From Fonticula alba ATCC 38817 (lineage: Eukaryota; Protista; Nucleariida): a stretch of 49,925 nt of DNA. Below the pieces are notes generated by a model. The model was not told where the DNA came from and ran no database searches. It saw nothing but the letters and a program-made list of their open reading frames with translations. Made by a program: the position numbers and the translations under genes. Positions within the stretch are counted from its first letter, which is position 1, and each line of letters starts with the position of its first letter. Positions 43,418-49,925 of the stretch are shown piece after piece. The stretch is taken from NCBI GenBank assembly GCA_000388065.2, contig KB932202.1, one strand, 5' to 3'.

Positions 43418-46400
43418 ATGCGTGACGACAAGTCTCCCGGTGTCCCGGACTTCGTGCTCATCGAGCCCGTGTCCGAGGAGGCCCTCATCGAGAACATGCG
43501 CGTGCGCTTCCAGGCCGACGCCATCTACACCGCCATCGGCCCGGTGGTTGTGTCGGTCAACCCGTACCGCAACCTGCCGGACATGTACACCCGCAAGCTG
43601 ATCGATGCCTACAAGGCCAAGCACTCTTTCGAGATGCCGCCTCACATCTACGCCATCGCGGCCGACGCCTACCGCGATATGTCCACCTTCAACCGCGACC
43701 AGTGCATCATCATTTCCGGTGCGTGTGCACTGCCCTCCCTGTCGTCTCTTGCCCCTCGCCCCGCTCCCCGTGTATGTGCCGCTTCTGACGCATGTGTGCA
43801 TCTCACTCGCAGGTGAGTCGGGCGCCGGCAAGACCGAGGCCTCGAAGCATGTGATGCACTACATTGCCGCCGCATCTGGCGATGGTGCCCGCGAGGCCGA
43901 CGTCACCCGCGTCAAGGACCAGCTGCTCCAGTCGAACCCTGTGCTGGAGGCCTTTGGCAATGCCCGCACCACCCGCAATGACAACTCCAGTCGCTTCGTG
44001 CGTGTTCCATGTGGCTTTCGTGCATGTGTCCCTCTCACCGGCCTCCTGCCAGCGCCCTGCTCGGCCTCCTGCCGGCACATTCCCCATCCCCGGCTTCTCC
44101 TTCCATCCCCCCCGCTCACTCTGACATGCCTCCTCGCTCTCTTCCTCTCCCTCTGTGTCCTCCCTGGGCCGGCCTGTGCAGGGTAAGTACATGGATATCC
44201 AGTTCAACCGCTCCGGCGACCCTGTCGGTGGGCAGATCACCGTCTACCTGCTGGAGAAGTCGCGTGTCGTGCGCCAGGCCGCCGGCGACCGGAACTTCCA
44301 CGCCTTCTACCAGGTTCTGTCGTCCGGTGCTCTGGGCGCCGGTGCGAAGGCCGCCGATTTCCACTACCTGAACCAGTCTGGTGTCGATACTGTCCGCACA
44401 ATCAACGACGCCAAGGACTTCACCATTGTCAAGTCCGCCATGCGGGTATGTTCCTCGCCACCGTCCTTTCTCCGCTCCCTGCCCTCTCCTCCATCTCCCT
44501 CCCTGCTCCTTTCCTTGGCCAATGATCCAGCCCCCCCCCCCCCCCCCCTGGCGGCGCATACGTGTCCCCCCTCGCCGCTAACCCCCTCGGGTGTCCCTTT
44601 TTTTTTCTTGCGGTGCAGATTCTCGGCTTCACCGACCTCGAGATCACCTCGGCTTTCGACATTGTGGCGGCTGTCCTGCACATTGGCAACATCAACTTTG
44701 TCGCCACCTCCGAGGGCCATTCTGCTGTCTGCACTCAGGCTGGGTCCCAGGTGCGCGAGCGAACACCGATCCACCCCTGCACCATGGGTTTTGGCTTGTA
44801 ACTGACCGGGACCCGTGTTTCTCCATCCCCTCTACGCCCCCCTCCCTCGGCACTCGCTCAGAACGCCCTGAACAACGCGGCCCAGAAGCTCGGTGTCACC
44901 GCCGCCGGTCTGGCCACTGCTCTGACTCAGCGCACGGTGGCCACGCGCGGCGACTCGGTCCAGGCCCACTCGTCCGCCGAGCAGGCCACCCACACCCGCG
45001 ACGCCCTGGCCAAGGGCCTCTACGACCGGCTCTTCTCTTGGCTGGTGACGCGCATCAACAACAGCATCCAGTACATCCCCCAGACGTCGTACGACACCCC
45101 GTCGGTCATCGGCGTGCTGGATATCTACGGCTTCGAGGTGTTCGAGCTGAACTCCTTCGAGCAGTTCTGCATCAACTACTGCAATGAGAAGCTCCAGCAG
45201 CTGTTCATCGCCCTGACCCTGAAGGCCGAGCAGGATGAGTACGCCAGCGAGGGGATCACCTGGGAGCCGGTGGAGTATTTCAACAACTCCATCATTTGCG
45301 AGCTGATTGATGCGCCCCGGCAGGGCATCATCGCCCTGCTGGATGAGGAGTGCCTGCGCCCGGGGCAGCCCACCGACGACACGTTCGTCACCAAGATCAG
45401 CGAGGCGCACCAGAACCACGCGCACTTTGCCTCGCGTGAGAATGCCGCCCACCGGTCGGACAAGACCCTGCCTCATGGTGCCTTCCGCCTGCGCCACTAC
45501 GCCGGCGATGTCACCTACCATGCCCAGGGGTTCCTCGACAAGAACACCGACCTGCTGCAGCGTGACCTGCGTGTGCTCGGCGGGTCGTCCAGCGTGGCGG
45601 TCGTTCGGGAGCTTTTCCCGGATGCCGCGGCGTCGCAGGCGCAGTCCGGCGCCGCCAAGCGCCCGGTCACCGCCGGCACCGCCTTCAAGACTTCCCTGGC
45701 GGCGCTGGTGAACAACCTGGAGCAGAAGCAGCCCAACTACATCCGCTGCTTGAAGCCCAACGCCCGTCAGCAGGCCAGCCTCTGGGATGCGGATCTGGTC
45801 ATTCACCAGACGCGCTACCTGGGTCTGTTGGAGAATGTGCGCGTCCGGCGGGCCGGCTTCGCCTACCGTACCCATCATGAGCGCTGGCTGGCCCGGTACA
45901 AGATGCTCCACCCGCGTCTGTGGATCGGTGCCCGGGACACGTACAGCCGCTCGGATGCCAACCTCCCGGCGGCCGAGCAGTGCCGCATGCTGTGCCAGCA
46001 CCTGGGCCTCGGCTCGGATGACTTCCGCATCGGCCGGACCAAGGTCTTCATTCGGTCCCCGCGGACGCTGGATCTTTTCGAGCAGACCCGCGCCCGGGCC
46101 CTGCCGGCCATTGCCACCACCATTCAGCGGATGTGGCGCGGTCTGCGCGCGCGGCTTTGGGTCCGTCGCACTCGTGCGGCCCTGGTCATCCAGATGGTCT
46201 ACCGCGGGTACAAGGCCTCCAAGCATGCCATGGCCATTGTTCGGACCTTCTCCAATGTCAAGACCATGCCGGATTATGGTCGCGGGGTGGCCTGGCCGGC
46301 CCTCGACTCGCCGGCTTTGGCGCGCTTCGACACGTACATGCGCCGGATCCATGCCACTTGGCGTGCCAGCTGCATTGTCAAGACTCTGGACCCCGAGCGG

Positions 46401-47156
46401 GCCACCTTCATCCGGAAGAAGATCATCCTGCATGGGTTCCTGGCTGGCAAGAAGCAGGGCTGGAATGCCCAGGCATGGAACCACCCCCACCGCCGGTCCT
46501 ACCTGGCTCCTGGCCTGACGGTGGACCAGATCGACAGCGCGGTGTTGATCCCCCCGCCGGCCACCGGATCCAGTGCGGCCGGTGTGGCGCCCGGGTCGCC
46601 GGGCGCCCGGGTGGTGGTGGCTTCCCCGGCCAGCAAGATCAACCGTTCGGGCAAGATCGACCAGCGTGTCATTGTCCTGACCCCGACGGCCCTGGCCCGT
46701 TTGGATTCCGGCTCGCTGAAGGCCGGTCGCCATGCGGCCGTTCCGCTGGAGCGTGTCAAGGCGCTCACGGTGTCCGGCGGCCAGGATCAGCTGCTGGTGG
46801 TGCGCTTCGACACCGGGCCGTCCTCCAGCACGGCTGAGTCCGACTGGGTTTTGGACTTCGGTGTGTCCGGCAACCCCGGTGCCCTGTATGAGTTTGTGGC
46901 GGAACTGCTCTTCCACACTTCGCCCACCGGCCGGACGACGGCCACCTCGGTGGGCGGCGAGCGCCGCGGTGCCTCGCCCATCCTCATCGATGTGGTCAGC
47001 ATCTCGGACTCCATCGAGGTCGCGGTGTCCGGGTCCCGGCGCGCGGTTAATGTCGTGGCCGAGGCTGGCTCCAGCAGCGAGTCCACCGCCCCGGCGACCA
47101 CCGTGCGGAAACTCAACGGCGGTGCTGTCTGGCAGGTGTCGGCCGCCATGGTCTGA
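43418..47156 (+). CDS. MYO1: Class I myosin, short-tailed (motor, 2 IQ motifs, TH1, no SH3), Myo1D/G-like, 5 exons
   Basis: [31 protein letters not shown], the P-loop [84 protein letters not shown], two IQ motifs (IQRMWRG, IQMVYRG) and the TH1/PH-like [16 protein letters not shown]. It ends without GPA, SH3 or acidic modules. Confidence 0.96.
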
Positions 47157-47727
47157 GAGACGCGGCGCGCCCCAGAGCACGAGCGAGCGCGAAAGGGCCA
47201 TTGAGCTTGTCTTTTCCTCTTCCCCCCTCCCCCCTCCTCTTCCCACTGTTTCTGCCTTCTTCCTTGTGTGCTTCCTATCCCAGGGGAGAAGTCTTGGGGG
47301 GCATCTCTCCACCTCGTCTTTTCCCTGTCGCGCCCTCATTGTTCTTCTTTCTCTTTCTCCTTCTCTCTCTCTCTCTCTGTCCCTCCATCTTTCAGGAGGG
47401 GGCGGGGGCGCGCGAGCTGGTCCTCTCCTCCTCCCCCTCTTTTTCCTCCTTTGTCCTGGCCACCATGTGTCGGGAAGAAATACACCGAGCTTCGAAATGT
47501 GGCGTGTGCATGCATGGGGGGGGAGGGGTTGTTCTTCGTCGGGAGCGGGAGGGGGTATCTAGTCGAGTTTATGGTTTATATTAAGGGCGGTTTTTCTCAA
47601 GGGGGGGGGGGAGGGAGAGGGGTGGCGGCGAGGGCCGTGTGGTCCATGGGCCTTTTGGTTCTCGGTCGGGAGAGGAGGCAGCTGTTTTCGGGGGCTTCTC
47701 CGAGGAGGGCACGGCTACATCTGTGTA

Positions 47728-47898
47728 TTAAAAGCCACGCCCGCGCCTCACTGGGTGACGGTGTTCTTGAAGGCCGTGTGAAGAGCATACAGAACACGCA
47801 TGGTCACACGGGCATCCTGAGTGACAATCGCTGTACAAGTTCCAGGGCAGGAAGCAAATCGGCGGCATGTTAGTGTGTGTGTGTGTGTGTGTGTGTGC

Positions 47899-47947
<49 letters not shown>

Positions 47948-49656
47948 TGTGCGTGCGTGCGTGTGCGTGCGTGGGCGTGCGTGTGCGTGCGTGCGCGTGT
48001 GTGCAGACGTAAAGATGCGGAAAGAGGGGAAATGGGCCGGCAGGACATACCCTGAGCGTGCCATGCGCCAGGAGTGATCTCCAGACGCTCCATGAGGTCA
48101 AGCGCCAGTTGGACATTGTGAATCTTCTGATCGGCGGTGGTCGGGGTCGAATGGTACTGGGACGGGGGGATGTAAAAGCCACCGAGGGACCCAATCAGCA
48201 GCAGCAGGTACAGGCCGTCGTGGAAGGGGACGGCAATGTCACCGCCGGGGATGTCGGAGCCCGTTTCTCCGGTGGAGTGCATGCCAACACCCGGGGTGAC
48301 AGTAACATCAAGGGGGGCCAGGTGCTTGTTGACAAAGAGGAAGAGCAGCTGCACACATGGTCATGCAGGGCGATGGCGGTCAGCCGGCGGGGCAAATCGA
48401 CAGGCAGGCGGGCAGGCATGCAGGCACCGAGGAGGTGGGAGAAAAAGAAGGAAAGAAGCTCCACATACACGCTGCACACTGGCCAGCTTGGCCTCAGCGC
48501 CCGGGTCGAGCAGCTCATCGAAGGCATCGCGCTCGAAAACACGCTCAGTCGAGTCCAAGGTCTTCCGGGACTCCACATCGGTGAGCGCGGTCGTGGCCTC
48601 GTTACTGCCCCAGGCACTTTCGTCCTCGGTGATCGTATGGCGCTGGGTCTTCTGCAGGGTGGTGCCGCTGTGCTGAGTCTCCCGGCGAACGACACTGATT
48701 TCCAAGTTCGAAGGCAGCTGGTAGGGGCAGCGGAATTCGTGCGCCATGGCCACCAGCAGCCGGCAGATGGAGACAACATCCTTGTTGAGGATGCCTGGTA
48801 GGTCACACGGGAGAGGTGAGTGGCTTTTTACCCGGGAGGGGGGGGGGGGGCGGTCATATAGGAGGGTTGAAGAGGCAACCAGGAGAGAGAGAGAGAGAGG
48901 GAGAGCAGGGAGGAGGGCAGGTAAATGGGCAGACATACCGTCGATGATGTCCGGGCTCATCTCCAGACCGACGCGCTCGCGCAGGAAACGCAGCACAACG
49001 GCCAAGTTGCCGCGCTTACCGCGGTCAGACACCGGGCCAGTCGGATCCGAGTGAATGGCCACCTGGAGGGTTTTCTCTGCATTTCACATGCGCACGGGGA
49101 GGCAGATCCGAGGGAATGTCAGCCATCCTGCTGGATATTGGGATCCTGGTCCACAGGGAGGTCGTGTCGGGGAACGTACCGAGGAACAGAACCAGGAGCT
49201 GACCATCATGCAAATCCTCCACGATGTCACGAACATAGACCCGGTCCTCACGAAGGTGCTGGTTCAGCCAGGACATCAAGATCTGGCGGCAGCCACCCGC
49301 GGATCAGCAGGGGGGGGGGGGCGGGCGTTAGCATGAGTCGCGGGGATAAAACGCCCACTCAATGGCGAGCGGTCAGGGAGGGCGGAGGGCGGAGGGGAGC
49401 GGAGGGTTCTGTGCGCACACGGCGGAATCGCTGGTACTTCGGGTCGCCCAAGGTAGTTTGATGGACATAGTAGGTGATGGCTGTGGAGGATGACCATGGA
49501 GGGCGGGGAGAGAGAGAGAGAAGCAAGGAGAGGAGGGCGGGAAGACAAAGACAGAGGAGAGGCGGCGTTAGAGAGGGCGATCAGGCAGTATGCGTGATGT
49601 CTTGTTGCCGAAGGGGGTCAGCCTCGGCATATGGCCCGGGGACACATACTCGACAT
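47728..49656 (-). CDS. PARV: Parvin (tandem calponin-homology protein of the ILK-PINCH-parvin complex), 7 exons
   Basis: [44 protein letters not shown] (CH1), the linker [60 protein letters not shown] (CH2), and the ending [16 protein letters not shown]. These segments are colinear with animal parvins as I recall them (ERDAFDTLF, FVNKHL, DLKSTLRVLYNL). Confidence 0.9.
47874..48003. repeat. (TG)n/(TGCG)n compound microsatellite in the last parvin intron; similar arrays occur at about 62-200, 2815-2865, 27522-27555, 30324-30410 (GA)n and 31221-31267
   Basis: Read directly from the sequence. These arrays generate the many spurious VCVC, HTHT and RERE ORFs in the track. Confidence 0.9.
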
Positions 49657-49925
49657 TGTTGCAAGCCGGAGGGCGGGTGAGCGAGGGGCAAGGGAGGGGG
49701 GGGGGACAGAAGGAGGGGCAAGGGAGGGGCTGAGGGGGGGTGACGAATCTGCCAGGCGTTGGACCCCCGGAAAAGGGCCCCTTTGCTCTCTCGAATCGAC
49801 GAAGCAAGTGGCGGCCGCGGAGGGGCGACAAGGCGCAACAGGTCCCAGCGAGGGGGCGATCGCGAGTCCGTGGTCCAGGGGAAGAGGGGCAACAAGCCTC
49901 CCTGCACCGCACGCCCCCCCCCCCC

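Noticed and set aside
44832-47339. Long antisense ORFs (835 aa opposite myosin, 517 aa opposite LSS, 438 aa opposite METAP1, 304 aa opposite EIF3L)
   Set aside because: They are shadow frames of GC3-rich genes, with no recognisable motifs.
43418-49656. Myosin I and parvin as a co-regulated actin pair
   Set aside because: They are tail-to-tail with about 570 bp between stops, like the other convergent pairs here (425-735 bp), and share no promoter.

Overview
GC-rich, intron-dense eukaryotic genomic DNA from a draft assembly, with 9 N-gaps and many homopolymers and microsatellites. The gene set and low-complexity style suggest an opisthokont protist, plausibly a nucleariid such as Fonticula; this is my inference and is not verified. 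Splicing the ORF fragments by hand gives 13 genes in order: UBC6-type E2 (+), glucose-6-phosphate isomerase (+), lanosterol synthase (-), IPP isomerase IDI1 (+), a very divergent gamma-tubulin (+), cactin (+), methionine aminopeptidase 1 (-), a C2-like/PH protein (+), an acetyl-CoA transporter (-), an 80-aa three-exon orphan membrane microprotein absent from the ORF track (+), eIF3L (-), a short-tailed myosin I (+) and parvin (-). I found no rRNA, tRNA, CRISPR or transposon signal. The most interesting signals are: (1) a non-standard 5' splice-site dialect, GTNCGY/GTATGT with no +4A in about 47 inferred donors, hinting at an altered U1/U6 system; (2) two sterol-pathway genes (LSS, IDI1) head-to-head; (3) a GPI with a C-terminal bipartite-NLS-like tail; (4) a remodelled gamma-tubulin; (5) the orphan microprotein; (6) animal-like cytoskeletal genes (parvin, and a Myo1D/G-like myosin with an acidic TEDS site). 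All exon boundaries are manual, homology-guided inferences without transcript data.
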